Origin: Octopus sinensis
Lineage: Eukaryota
Assembly (NCBI RefSeq): GCF_006345805.1
Contig: NC_043000.1
Span: forward strand, 23,498,001-23,562,000
Length of the DNA stretch: 64,000 bases
Direction: 5' to 3'
Shown here: positions 11,721 through 24,728 of the stretch, one piece after another
Numbering within the stretch: position 1 is the first letter of the stretch
Layout: every line of letters starts with the position of its first letter
Translations under genes and position numbers: made by a program
Notes under the pieces: generated by a model
The model's input: the letters and a program-made list of their open reading frames with translations, nothing else
Databases searched by the model: none
What the model was told of the DNA's origin: nothing

Positions 11721-12557
11721 GCGAAATGTGTGCATTTCTCTTAATATCATTGAGCTACAAGCTATAACATTGTTTCCCCTTTTTTGTCAACAAATTGTTG
11801 GCTTTGCCCCTTTGATGATGTGTGGAACAAGAAGTACTTAACTTAAAGGAAAGAAAAATCTAAGGATTACCACCTGAAACAGCATCCTGCTATTAAACAA
11901 CACCTTAGTAATATACTTATCTAACCCATGCTAGTCTGGGAAAACAGATGTGAAAATGTACAAGTATCATTTAATTATGTCTCTTCCTCCAGTTGAACGA
12001 CAAGTCTTAATTAGTCGGCTACTTTCCTCCGACTTTGCACCATGTGTCACAGGTTTGAAAGTCAAAGTAAGAATTGTCATTTAGTCTCAGGTCCATTTTC
12101 TTTACCCTTTCGAAGCCCTAAGACTAATGAGGCTAGTTACTTGGTTTCCATACTGTATAAGCGACTGAGGTCACAACATTCCCTCTGGACAGGGTGCCAG
12201 TCCATCGCAGGGTTCTAGTGCATCAATTTTGAGGGGAGAGGCCAGGGCAGCAACATTGACCACCAGTATTTGAGTTATTTTATTGACCCCCTCCCCCCAA
12301 GAGACGAAAGGTAAAGTTGACCTCCGTGTGATTTGAACTCAGAATGTAAAGAGCCGGAAGAAATGGCGCTAACCATTTTACCCGATGTGCTAACAATTCT
12401 GCAAGCTTGCTACCTTCCCATGTCCATTAAGACTATATTATTGAAAGCAGGGTGTGGGGGAACTTTTTAGTGCGGCAGGCAAAAATTTCCAATGAAAAAG
12501 GTCTACGGGCAGACCACAAGTTCTAACACTTATATCTACGTAAGTCTTGTACATATA

Positions 12558-12950
12558 GGCACAGGAGTGGCTGTGTGGTAAGTAGCTTGCTTACGAACCA
12601 CATGGTTCCGGGTTCAGTCCCACAGTGTGGAATCTAGGCCAAGTGTCTTCTACTATAGCCTCGGGCCGACCAAAGCCTTGTCAGTAGATTTGGTAGATGG
12701 AAACTGAAATAAGCCTGTCGTATATATATGTATGAGTGTGTGTATATGCTTGCATATCTGTGTTTGCCCCCCAACATTGCTTGAAAACTGATGCTGGTGT
12801 GTTTACATCCCCATAACTTAGCGGTTCGGCAAAAAGAGACCGATAGAATAAGTACTAGGCTTACAAAGAATAAGACCTGGAGTCGATTTGCTCAACCTAA
12901 GGTGGTGCTCCAGCAAAGCCACAGTCAAATGACTGAAACAAGTAAAAGAG
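12558..12950 (+). mobile_element. Family A tRNA-derived SINE (CORE-like, central (TA)/(TG) microsatellite, (GAGTAAAA)n tail), full length
   Basis: Head ggcacaggagtggctgtgtggtaagtagcttgc...ggttccgggttcagtccc; CORE-like ggccaagtgtcttc; tail gactgaaacaagtaaaagag. CORE-SINEs (OR1/OR2) are known from octopus; the exact family identity was not checked. Confidence 0.9.
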
Positions 12951-14179
12951 TATGTATAATTCGATATACATTAATAAAGATAAGTTTAACACATTAAATT
13001 AGCAAGTAACATCTGCATTAACGTCACCACTGAATTTAGGACGTTTATATTACTTATGAAGTATTCTATATTTTTCAGCTAGAGTGTAGTTGGGTCTCAA
13101 GGGGGTGGTACAAACCTACCAATATGTGTTTTATAGTGAAAACAAAATTCTTTTCTACTCTAGGCACAAGAACCGAAATTTTGCGGGAGGGGACCAGTCG
13201 ATTGCATTGATCCTAGTATGCAACTGGTACTTAATTTATTGACCCCGAAAGGATGAAAGGCAAAGCTGACCTCGGCGGAAAGCAAAATTTCCATTCAAAT
13301 GGCAATTACCGGATGAGTTTCTGTTCGATTCTAGCTGCTTTAAGTTGTCGTGGAAACGCGACCTATGTTGCAAATAGGGATATTGTATAAATTTTATAAT
13401 TGGAAAATTTATTATATTTTGTACATACAAGTATATTGGCCTGCAGGCGCAATTATGCCCACGGGCAGGGGTGTCCTTTATTTAGTTAAGATAGAAGGGA
13501 CAATAAAAGGCAATTTAGCTATTTTGGTGGGTCAAGGGACTACGTAGAGGCTCCTTTGTGGTAAGAGCTTAGAACAGAAGAATTTGAACTTGGTTTCTTT
13601 TCTTCCAAGATCATAGAGTTAAAGCCATGGCTTTCATCTCCATCATGGCAGTGCATCAAGGAAACTGAAGATGGAGTTTAAACTAGATAAAAATTTTAAA
13701 TTGTTTTAAGTTGTAGAAAGAAATATTTACAAAGGACACGATAAACTAAATGACGAACAGTCTAGCATGATTTAGCTTATCAGGTCATTTACTAGACAAC
13801 TAAAACATAATGATTAAAGATGACAAAAGGAAAAAATATCAGGATTAGACTTGAGTAAAATATTCTAGAGGTAATGCTACAAAGACTTCGATGGTTGAGG
13901 GTGAGCTAATTCAGTAAAATAGAGGAGTTCCTAATGTCAGCTTTAATTAGACGTGTATTTTCTCATGTTATGTCGTTGCTGCTGTTAGAACTAAGACTAA
14001 GCTATATAAATTCCTGACCGCACAACTGGCTCACTCACTCCATAATGGATAGCCAGAGAACTTAGGGAGGCCTAAGCATCAGCCAGCCAGCTGGTTATTA
14101 TTATTTTAACATTACCAATTCATTTTAGTCTTTCATTTTTAAGGCAGCTATGTAGTGAGAGAAAGAGAAAAGATGGATG

Positions 14180-14180
14180 A

Positions 14181-14228
<48 letters not shown>

Positions 14229-14268
14229 ATATATACACATACATGCATATATATACATATATATATAT

Positions 14269-14301
<33 letters not shown>

Positions 14302-14312
14302 CATACATATAC

Positions 14313-14385
<73 letters not shown>
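14180..14385. repeat. Compound microsatellite (TA)n-(TA/CA)n-(GA)n
   Basis: Direct inspection; it generates three of the spurious ORFs in the track. Confidence 0.97.
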
Positions 14386-14388
<3 letters not shown>

Positions 14389-14986
14389 AAAGAGGGATTT
14401 TGGCAAATACCTCATTCTAGCATTTCACAACAGGAAAAAAATTCTACTTCAGAACAAATTGACCTAACATCAATTCATAAGTGTAAAAATTTTGGAGAGA
14501 GAGCTTTGTTAATATCTAAATATATTATTAAGAAAGTGTTAACATATCTAATGCAGAGAACACTAAAAAGCTAACAGGAAATAATGCTGTGGTGAGGGAG
14601 AGAAGCTACTTTAGTTGTGTCTAATATTATTTTAATAATGCTGACAAGAATGGGAGACAATGTCGGACAGGCTTCAGACTTATTATGACCTTATCAACAA
14701 AGTATATACTTTGCCATACGAGCTGTAGTATTGACAAGAGAATCAGAAAATAAATGTACAGCAATGTACACTAGTTGAAATAGAAAATTTGAAATATTCT
14801 GTTGGTAGTAATAATTGCAGCAATGGTTTTGCATATCCTCAGAATTATAGAAGTAAAAATGGGGAGTTTTGATAGCCATGAATTTGGATATAAAACTAGG
14901 CCAGAGAATAATTTTACTGCAAAATATATTTTCAATAAAAATCTTTTACAAAATAACATACTAATCCTAGTAGACTCCAGAACAAG

Positions 14987-15284
14987 GCATATGGTCTAGT
15001 GGTTACAGCAGCAGACTTGCGTTCGAGGGATTACGGGTTCGAATCTCAGACCGGGTAATGTGTGTTTATGAGTGAAACACCTAAGTTCCACGTGGCTCTG
15101 GCAGAGGGTAATGGTGAACTGCTGACTCTTTTGCCACAACTTTCTCTCACTCTTGCCTCCTGCATCTAGCAGCTCACCTGTGACAGACTGGCGCTCTGTT
15201 CAGGTGGGAAACCTATAATCCAATGAAACTGGAAACCGACCCTTATGAGCCAGACATGGCTCAAGAAGGAACAAACAACAACAT
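14987..15284 (+). mobile_element. Family D-related SINE with a different 3' half, 13-bp TSD
   Basis: TSD actccagaacaag at 14974-14986 and 15285-15297; tRNA-like head; (AAC)n-like tail. Confidence 0.8.
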
Positions 15285-16189
15285 ACTCCAGAACAAGATA
15301 TTGTAAAGTTTTCCCTTCAGCATTTTAGCGTTCCATAAAAAACTAGCACATGTGCCAATTAGGGAACCTGTGCCAGTGCCATGTGTAGGGCAACTGTACT
15401 GGGGCCCGTGTATAAGGCACCTAGTACACTCTGTAAAGTGGCTGGCATTAGGCAGGGTATCCAGCCATAGGAACCATGCCAAAACAGAGACAACTGAAAC
15501 CTGGGCAGCTCCTGTCAGATTGTCCAACTCATGCAAGTATGGAAAACCGATGTTAAATGAAGACAATGATGTTGATGATGATGATCTTCCATGAATTTTA
15601 GTTTTGAATATAATAAACTATAGATTGGGAAGTATTGAGAAAAATCATTCTTTTGGAATATTTTTCACAATTCTTTAAGAGTTGAAACTGAAGAAAATCT
15701 TTCTTAGAATCCTGAGAATTGACATGGTATCTATTTATCTTTCACCTTGTCACCACCATCTCCATATCTCTTTCCAGCTCCACCCCATGTTACTTCCACC
15801 CACCCTGACATAATGTAGGAGTAAGCAGGTACCTCTTTTACAACAACAAACCTTGTTCCTGACCTTTCTATCATACTTAAACCTTTAACATTTAAACCAA
15901 CCATATCTTGCTCAAATGTTCTTCATGTTTCATGTTCAAATTAGCAACATTCAGCCTCTCACACCTACCCTACAATGTCATTCTCAAAATAAACCTCATA
16001 CCATTAAAATCTCAAAAGTATGAGATGTTGCATAACTAATTCAAAATAATGTGAAAGAATTAGAATTACATTTAAAAGAATAATCTTAAGATTAAAGGAT
16101 TAAACCTTGATTAAAGCCACTGCCCTCCCTACTATACTCCCCTCTCAGTCGGGGGTGCTCTTTAGTCTTGTGAGTTACATGGTAACCTA

Positions 16190-16500
16190 ATGGAGGCGCA
16201 ATGGCCCAGTGGTTAGGGCAATGGACTCACAATCGAAGGATTGCAGTTTTGATTCCCAGACCGTTTGTTGTGAGTGTTTATTGAGTGAAAACATCTAAAG
16301 CTCCACGAGGCTCTGGCAGGGAGTAGTGGCGGACCCTGCTGCATTCTTTCACCACAACTCCTCTCACTCTTTCTTCCTGTTTCTCTTGTAACTGTATTTC
16401 AAAGGGCCAGCCTTGTCACACTCTGTGTCATGCTGAATCTCCCCATGAACTACATTAATCAATTGGAACCCCTGCCGTCATTACTGACAGAGTGCCACGA
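16190..16500 (+). mobile_element. Family D-related SINE with a third type of 3' half
   Basis: Head ggaggcgcaatggcccagtggttagggcaatggactc and core ctaaagctccacgaggctc are shared with 5809-6182. Confidence 0.8.
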
Positions 16501-16922
16501 CATGGCAGCCTCACTTGCCACATAAAGAGCACTCAGTACATGCTGTAAAGTGTTCGGTGTCAGGAAGAGCATCCAGCTAAGGAAACCATCCAACTCGTAC
16601 CAGCAAAGAATCCACAAGTGACGTCATGATAATGATGATGAGATGATGATGATGGTGGTGGTAGTGATAATGATGCAAGCAGAACTTTTAAGAATAAAAA
16701 CTGAAAACCAAAAATTCCTCGTCGCTATCTTTGTAAAGGCCAATAGTGACCTAACAGTCTCAGAATCTTGTTGAGTAAATATTATTTTACCTTATAAGGT
16801 GTTATTGCTCAAAGTAGAATATAATTCTCACATTTTGTGATAACACTGGTTGAAGTAAAACAAATAATGTAATCTCTACAGAACTGTTGAATTGGTAGTT
16901 AATGCTTTGTCTTCATGTAGTG

Positions 16923-17600
16923 CAGTAGTCATCAACCGAGATACATATGACCCTTGGTAATCCACATAAGATTTTGTTGTTAAAATTTATGCGCAATGAA
17001 TAGCTATTTCTTTATTGCCCACAAGGGGCTAAACAAGGACAGACAAAGAGATTAAGTCGATTACATCAACCCCAGTGCGTAACTGGTACTTATTTAATCG
17101 ACCCCGAAAGGATGAAAGGCAAAGTCGACCTTGGCGGAATTTGAACTCAGAACGTAGTAGCAGACAAAATACCTATTTCTTTATTACCCACAAGGGGCTA
17201 AACACAGAGGGGACAAACAAGGACAGACATAGGTATTAAGTCGATTACATCAACCCCAGTGCGTAACTGGTACTTATTTAATCAACCTCGAAAGGATGAA
17301 AGGCAAAGTCGACCTTGGCGGAATTTGAACTCAGAACGTAGTAGCAGACAAAATACCGTTAAGCATTTTGCCCGGCATGCTAGCGTTTCTGCCAGCTCGC
17401 CACCTTAATGTGCAATTAATAGCTTATGCTTCTACAATGCACAAAATATTTAAATTTTCTATTCAATTCCTAATAATATTTTATCACAGAAATACAGGAG
17501 GATTCTTTTAATATACATTGAATGGCTCTTGAGGTCCAGTAGAGTAAAGCAAGAACCAAAGGGGTCCATTGGTAAAAAAAAAAAAGGTTGAGAACCACTG
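16923..17600. mobile_element. hAT-type MITE with 8-bp TSD, interrupted by a family B dimer
   Basis: TIRs cagtagtcatcaacc and ggttgagaaccactg; flanks atgtagtg (16915-16922) and atgtagtc (17601-17608). Confidence 0.8.
17005..17406 (-). mobile_element. Family B SINE, head-to-tail dimer
   Basis: Two units joined at cagacaaaatacc|tatttctttattacccac; imperfect TSD atgcgcaatgaatagc / atgtgcaattaatagc. Confidence 0.88.
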
Positions 17601-17747
17601 ATGTAGTCTATTAAGATTACACATCAGTCAGGCACCATCCATTTCGCTGGAGGTCATTAACCATCCCAACCTATTCTTAGATCAAAACACTTTATAAGAA
17701 TCAGGCTTCTAATATCAGAAATCACGAAAAGGAATATAATTACTTAC

Positions 17748-17965
17748 ACATTAAAGGAAAGGCAACCCCAAGTAAGAAGACTATTACAGCGCCCAGCATG
17801 TAGACAAGAAGGTAGCCAGCACCAAGTACTATCAACACACTGATGATTGGATGGTCTCTCTTGAACTTGCGGCTTTTCCACTGGTTATTGGTACAGAACA
17901 CAAACCCTCCGAAAGCAGCAGCAATAGCCACAAAACCAAACACCATTTTCACAGGATGGATTACA
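17748..17965 (-). CDS. ARL6IP5: PRA1-family protein (ARL6IP5/PRAF3-like), internal coding exon 2 (218 nt)
   Basis: Acceptor ttgatttcAG at 17967-17966; donor GTaagta starts at 17747. Translation is VIHPVKMVFGFVAIAAAFGGFVFCTNNQWKSRKFKRDHPIISVLIVLGAGYLLVYMLGAVIVFLLGVAFPLM, with two hydrophobic hairpin segments typical of PRA1 domains. The trailing t plus ta from the next exon gives Leu ([13 protein letters not shown]). Confidence 0.95.
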
Positions 17966-18989
17966 CTGAAATCAAAAATAAATCAATCAATTTTATTTTT
18001 TTGTTTTACTTATATTTCTTTTATGTTCTTCCTTTTTTTTTTAAAATTAGTATTATTAGTTTTTCAATGACTATTGAAAAGGTTGCAAGATGAAACGAAA
18101 ATTTAAGAAAAATAATTAAGTAAATGAGTGGAAACTTTATCGGTGAGTGTGTTAAATAATAAGGCACTAAAAGAGAATGACTCTCCTCAGAACAAATTAT
18201 TATTTTATTTCTTCATAAACTTAAAAAATGCAAGGAAATGGATCAAACTGGAACATAAAAGGTAATGTATTTTGCTTTTTCAGTGTATAATTTCCTAATT
18301 AGTCAAAAACCTTCACACACACACACACAGAGAAATGTGGTTGAAAAGCTTGCTTACTAAACAATGGAGTTTTGTATTCAGTCCCACAGCATGGCATCTT
18401 AGGCAAGCATTTTCTAAAATAGCCCTGGGTCAACTAAAGTCTTGTGAGCAGATTTGGTAGATGGAAAGTGAAAGAAACCGCGTGTGTGTGTCTTGCCGTG
18501 ACATTGTATGATGGCTGTAAAACAAGCAACATTGTCATGTTGTTTGTTTCCAGTCTTCCATGAAAAACATGTCTGGTTCAGCAAGGATAAATATCACTAG
18601 GCTTGGGAACAGGTGAGGGTTGGCAACTAGTAGGACATCCAGCCACAGAAAAAAATTGCATCAACAAATTCCATCTGAGCCATGCAAGTTTGGAAAAGTG
18701 AATGTCAAAAATGATGATGATAATGTTCACACACACATGCAATACAAGTAAATAATTGTGACATTCATGTTCTTCGCACACTAAGCATTTTGTCTGGTGT
18801 GCTAACAATTGTGTCAGCTAGCCATGATGATGATGATAATAATGATAAGGCTGCAGGTGTAATATCAGTGTGCATACATGACGGAGTGTAAGAACCCTGA
18901 GAGAAAAATTGGACATAAGAAGCATCAAATGTGGTAAGAGAGACAGCTGTGCAGGTATGGTCATGTGTTACATATGGATGAAAACAGCT

Positions 18990-19250
18990 GTATGAAGAAG
19001 TGCCACTCCCTAACTCAAATAAAAAAAATGGTGCACTTTTAATAAAAACATCTTTAACCACATGAATGACTGGTGGTTCATTGCTAACTTCACACAAGTG
19101 CCATATGCATCACTGGTGGTACATTTTCCTAATTTGAGAAAATATTTTATTCTGCATCTTTGACATGGCTTTGAGGATATTTATGTGGTGTCACCAGCCA
19201 GTTCCAGTAACAGGCTGTGGCGGTTAATAAACTCACCATCATTTATAGAT
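18990..19250 (-). mobile_element. Possible heavily decayed mariner transposase 5' fragment
   Basis: The minus frame QRCRIKYFLKLGKCTTSDAYG...FMWLKMF resembles the mariner N-terminal HTH motif (QR..IKF..KLGK...AYG...F.W.K.F). Weak. Confidence 0.35.
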
Positions 19251-19346
19251 TTTCTTTGATCAACAATAGTGCATAGAATACTAATACTTGCATCTACTAA
19301 ATGAAAGGTCCTGCCAAAAATTTAAACAAGTTCATTGATTGGAATA

Positions 19347-19675
19347 CTCTTATACTTTTTTACTTGTTTCAGTCATTTGACTGCGGTCATGCTGGAGCAC
19401 CGCCTTTTAGTCGAGCAAATCGACCCCAGGATGTAAACACACCAGCATCGGTTGTCAAGCGATGTTGGGGGGGGGGGAAGACAAACACAGACACACATAT
19501 ATACGTATACACGATGGGCTTCTTTCAGTTTCTGTCTACCAAATCCACTCACAAGGCTTTGGTTGGCCTGAGGCTATAGTAGAAGACATTTGCCCAAGGT
19601 GCCATGCAGTGGGACTGAACCTGGAACCATGTGGTTGGTAAGCAAGCTACTTACCACACAGCCACTCCTGCACCT
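19347..19675 (-). mobile_element. Family A SINE flanked by a 78-bp direct repeat
   Basis: Direct repeats at 19269-19346 and 19676-19753. Confidence 0.88.
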
Positions 19676-19879
19676 GTGCATAAAATATTAATACTTGCAT
19701 CTACTAAATAGAAGGTCCTGCCAAAAATTTAAATAAGTTCATTGAATGGAATATGAGACATTTGGTACTACTTATTGGACATCAGACATTTTAATGTTTC
19801 TCTCATTTTCTTCCTTCCCCCTCCCTTAACCCCTCTCAGTTTATGTGTATGAGGAGAGGGAAAACATGAGACTGCTCTC

Positions 19880-20120
19880 ACAAATAAACCTGACCACTCT
19901 CAAAAATTAAGTAAAAAAAAAAAAAAACAGGAAAAATAATCCAGAATCCTTGACTGGTACTGGATCGATCCCAAAATCTAATCAGTTTGTGCCAGTCACG
20001 AGGCCAAACATCCCTTAAAGTTTCATCCGAATCCATCCAGTGGTTCTTGAGATATCTTGTCCACAAACAAACAAACATGACCGAAAACAATACCTCCGCC
20101 TTCGCTAAGGCAGCGGTAAC
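19880..20120 (+). mobile_element. Helentron-associated (HINE/DINE-like) non-autonomous element, 3' part
   Basis: ...aatccatccagtggttcttgagatatc...acaaacaaacaaac...gaaaacaa followed by the terminal hairpin tacctccgccttcgctaaggcagcggta (20091-20118), the typical layout of HINE-type ends. Confidence 0.65.
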
Positions 20121-20614
20121 AAAATCATGCACTTGACCAGTCAGTTAGTATGAGTGACCAGCAAGATATTGTTAATTCATGAATTTGTAGCGCAAAGCTC
20201 TGTATCATTAGGTATCATTGAAAAATATAGTCGTTTAAAACTAAAATATTTTAAAATTTTATAACATGATACTGTGGAGAAAGTTCTACCAAAGTCCACT
20301 GCATGCCATACAAAAACATGCAGTGTCGCTACCAACATAAATACCATAGATTCACTATCACAACTTTACGGTCATCAGGACTTCTACATCCAAATAGACT
20401 TCACCCAACTACATATCATTTTTGGTTACTTTGGTGCTTACCACCTGCCCATGCTATGTCACAAAAGAGATAATTAACTAAAAAGTTCATGTTATCACTA
20501 ATATTTTTCTTTTACTGTAATTCATGTGTTGCATGACACCATATATTATAAAATGAGTTTCTGGGTAGAAGAGTAACATACTTTTATTTTGTCTTGTTCT
20601 GTTTTGAATATTAA

Positions 20615-20834
20615 CCCTTTCGTTACTGTATTTATTTTGAGATGCTCTGTATTTCTTTTAATTACTTTAAATATAACAGAGAATTTAGTAAAATAACTTA
20701 ATTATCATTAAGCTAGTGTTAGGAACATAAATTGTGACTAAGGTTTGGTGGAAGATTTTAATTCAAATCTTATGAAAACTAAACATTTGCACTCAGAGCC
20801 AGAGCCGGTTTCAGCTAGGTTGGTAATGAAAGGG
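20615..20834. mobile_element. piggyBac-type MITE
   Basis: TTAA|CCCTTTCGTTAC...GTAATGAAAGGG|TTAA; TTAA at 20611-20614 and 20835-20838. Confidence 0.9.
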
Positions 20835-21940
20835 TTAAAAGTATTTCCATAGTTTCTTTCTTGACCAATAGAGATGATGTCATTCTATATATCAGCAAGG
20901 GTTGTCTACAACTGCAATTTTGGTAGCATGAGAAAAGCCCAGAGATATATTTTCTTTTATTTTCTTCTTCACTGTTTGATAGAGGATAGAGGTATTGATG
21001 CACTTTCCTTTGTTACACAGCTCTGCCCAGTAGAGTTTTTCTCTGGCAGATAAGTGGTATCTAGGGCCTATTTGCTCGAACAAGCTCTAGTGGAAGAAAG
21101 AAGGCTGAAAACACTTTTGTTATTCAATTCAAACTCTTCACTCAATCACTCACTTGGCAAAATGTGTGCACGTGTGTTATTGCTGCTGGATAAAGAAAGC
21201 ATTTGCATGAGTGCATTGTTGTTATGAATGTCTACTTCAATATTTGTGTTTTCTGCCAAAAAATAATTTTTTTTTTCCTCCTTGTAAAATGTTTACATTT
21301 TGCTGTGCAATTAAATTAGCTTTCTGTTTTTCTAGCTGGTTTATGTGCTGCTATATTCAATTGAATTTTATGGTGGGCATTATCTCTCTGTTGAGTGGTA
21401 GCCATTTTTAGGCTGAATGTAAACACAGAAATTCAGGTTTAAAAAAGCTTGGAAATGACCAACCTTTTCACTCAAAATGAGAGCGAGATCCAGATATTTT
21501 ACAGAATAGTTTTCTGACCAAATTTAAAGATGATGACGACGACTACGACTATTACTACTACTACTAATAATAATAATCATAATGTTCAAATTTTGGTACA
21601 AGGTATGCAATTTTAGTGGGATGGGTTGGTCAATTATATTGGCCCCAGCACTTGACTAGTACTTTATTGACCTTAAAAAAAAAAAAAAAGGGATGACCTA
21701 GATAGATTTAAAAAAAAAATGAAAGACAGTTGACACAAGCAGGATTTGAACTCAGAATGTAGAGAGCCAGAATGCCCCTAAGCATTTCATTTGATGTGCT
21801 AATGATTCTGCCAGCTTGCCACCTAAAATAATTAGATTATTGACTACAAAAGAAGGAAAGGCAAAAATCAACCTTAACTTCATAGCATTTTGCCCAACGT
21901 TTTACCGATTCTGCCATCTAGGGTTTTAATAAGAATAATG

Positions 21941-22349
21941 GGATCTTTTCGGTTTGAACAGGCAGTTTTTTTCTAGCGGTGTCATATGAAATTGTCACCC
22001 ATGATTATGACCCTAGTATCGATCTATTGCATTTCAATCTGTTTTAGGGTTAGGGGGAAGGGTATCTTTTTTTCTTCACAAATGTAAATAAACCCAATCT
22101 GTTTCTTAAATGAGGACATATTCATACGGCACAGAATGTTTTTTTTTACCTCAATAGACGTCATTGATTGGTTGAAATTGCAGAAATTGAAGAAAAAAAA
22201 CAACAAATATCTTACAAACTATAGAATTTTCTCAATAAAGCCAAGAGAAAAAGATGTTTTATAAACACATTCTACCAGTATACAAAGTTTTAAATTTTTT
22301 AGTTACCTAGAAATTATGTTAAAAACTGCCGTTCAAACCAAAAAGATCT
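21941..22349. mobile_element. Non-autonomous DNA transposon, about 30-bp TIRs and 8-bp TSD (Merlin-, hAT- or P-like; GG start suggests Merlin)
   Basis: ggatcttttcggtttgaacaggcagttttt...aaaaactgccgttcaaaccaaaaagatct; TSD gaataatg at 21933-21940 and 22350-22357. Confidence 0.85.
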
Positions 22350-23026
22350 GAATAATGATTTCTATCATAGACACAAGACCACAAATTTGGTGCATGGGCT
22401 TTAAGACAATACATAACTTATTTTATTGTCTTCCTCTCAAATGGATGTAAGTCAGATAAAAGACTTCATTAAACTTGGGGAAACAAAAAAAAAAAAAAAA
22501 AGAAACAACAAAAAGGAGTTCAATAAATACTGAGACAAAAAGAATGACAGTAATGTAATTGATAAACCTTCAGTGAACAGATCTCTGATCAAAGATAATC
22601 TATTTGTGGCCATTTTTGTTTTTTTAGAAGTATTTTATCTAACGTGTCCTTCCTTATATTACACTGTGAGAGCGTGATGAAGGAGATTTGGCTGCTATTT
22701 CTAAATATGAATGGTGGTTGATATGGAAAATAAAAGATAACTTTAATGCAGTTTTTGAGTACTAAACTAGTTGAGCATTAATTGTCGACCTTGATAACGA
22801 GGAGAAAATATAACGAATAAATGTCAGATATAAAATCAGGTTTATATCAACAAGCATCATTTGATTTGTTTAATTACACTACATAACGCACAAGTAAAGT
22901 GGAATCAATTATTGACAAACATTGCAAAATCAATTTGATGTGATAGCTACCAAGTTTAGGTTATCAGGTCACACATATATCAAAGGCTTGAATATTCAAA
23001 ATAAAATTAAAGGTGTTAAAAATATT

Positions 23027-23388
23027 TATTTCTTTAATGCCCACAGGGGGCTAAACAAGGACAGACAAAGGGATTAAGTCAAATACATCGACCTCGAAAG
23101 GATGAAAAGATAAGTCAATCTCAGCGGAATCTGAACTCAGAAAGTAGCGGCAGATGAAATACCTATTTCTTTACTACCCACAAGGGGCTAAACACAGAGA
23201 GGACAAACAAGGACAGACAAACGGATTAAGTCAATTACATCGACTCCAGTGCGTAACTGGTACTTATTGACCCTGAAAGGATAAGGCAAAGTCAACCTCG
23301 GCAGAATTTGAGCTCAGAAAGTAACGACAGATGAAAAACCGCTAAGCATTTCGCCCGGCGTGTTAACGATTCTACCAGCTTGCCGCTT
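23027..23388 (-). mobile_element. Family B SINE, head-to-tail dimer
   Basis: Same junction cagatgaaatacc|tatttctttactacccac at about 23163. Confidence 0.88.
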
Positions 23389-24074
23389 TTAAAGATAAGA
23401 AGTTAAAAATATTAAATCTGAAAAAATTGGAGCTTGGTGCAGTTCTCCAGTTTGCCAGCCCCTGTCAAATCATCCGACCCATGCCAGCATGGAAAACGGA
23501 CTTTGATGATGATGATGATGAATATTTCAGTTTTCTATTAACTAGAGGCCCACAAAGCAGCACTGAATGAAATGCATGCATCTTTTATCTTTTATTTCAG
23601 TCATCAGACTGTGGCCAGGCAGGGGCACTGCCTGGAAGAGTTATTAGTAGAATGGATTGACCCCCAGGACTTATTTTTTAAAGCATGGTTCTTATTCATC
23701 AGTTTCTTTTGCTGAACGACTAAGTTATGGGGATGCAAACACACCAACAGCAGTTATCAAGTGATGGTGGGGAACACACACAAAATGGGCTTCTTTCAGT
23801 TTTCATCTACTGAATCGAGTGATGTCATTCATAGTCCAATGGTTTGTTTTCAAACATATTGTCTAAGAGGAGAATTGTCTCTCAAGATTATTTCCGCAGG
23901 GAAAGCTTTTCCTTCATGTGCAAAAACATGTTAAATATGATTGTACATGTGTACATTTAATTTTTAAAGTTTGCATACAAAGACATTTTTTATTTAAGAT
24001 AAAAGTAAAACTACCAAAACATAAATCTTTATGGAGTTAGATCTAATTCTGAAATATCATATAATGCACTCATA

Positions 24075-24645
24075 AGTGCTGGCATGGCCATGTGGTTATG
24101 AAGGTTGTTTCTCAACCATGTGGCATTGCTTTCAGTACCACTGTGGGGCACCTTGAGGAAACATTTCCTATTTCTTTACTACCCACAAGGAGCTACACAC
24201 AGAGGGGACAAACAAGGACAATCGGATTTAGTTGATTATATTGACCCCAGTGCGTAACTGGTACTTATTTAATCAACCCCAAAAGGGTGAAAGGCAAAGT
24301 CGACCTCGGCGAAATTTGAACTCAGAATGTAGCGGCAGATGAAATACTGCTAAGCATTTTGCTTGGTGTGCTAACGTTTCTGCCAGCTGCTGCCTTGAGC
24401 AAGCATTTCTGTTATAGTTCAGGACCAACCAGTGTCCTATGAAGGAATTTAGCAGACTGTAACTGTAGAAGTCTGTTGTTGTTGGTGGTGGCATGTGTGT
24501 GTGTGTAGTTGAGTATTTCTCTACCCAACCACATGGCACTGTGTCACTGTCTCACTGTGTGGCACCTTGGGCAAGTATCTTTTTCTTTAGCCCTAGGCTG
24601 ATCAAAGTACTGTGAGTAGATTTGGTAGAAGGAAGCTGAAAGATT
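24075..24645. mobile_element. Decayed family A SINE (+) with a family B monomer (-, about 24178-24395) nested inside
   Basis: Imperfect TSD ccttgaggaaacatttc / ccttgagcaagcatttc around the B copy. Confidence 0.7.
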
Positions 24646-24728
24646 TACAAAATGTAAAAGAAAAGAATAACAGTGATGACTCTTTGGATGAATCAGATGG
24701 AAATGTTTTTGAATTCATCAGATGAGTA

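Larger units (their letters stand above)
1512..17747 (-). other. Intron 2 of the PRA1-family gene (16,236 bp, GT-AG, repeat-filled)
   Basis: Defined by the canonical donor and acceptor above and by in-frame joining of the two exons. Confidence 0.9.

Noticed and set aside
14694-14999. Overlapping short ORFs, including YYYQQN on the minus strand
   Set aside because: They lie inside intron 2 (the wrong side for exon 1), have stops in the plausible frames, and match no recognised family.
21100-21420. Non-repetitive stretch that looks like a conserved non-coding element
   Set aside because: Conservation cannot be judged from one sequence.
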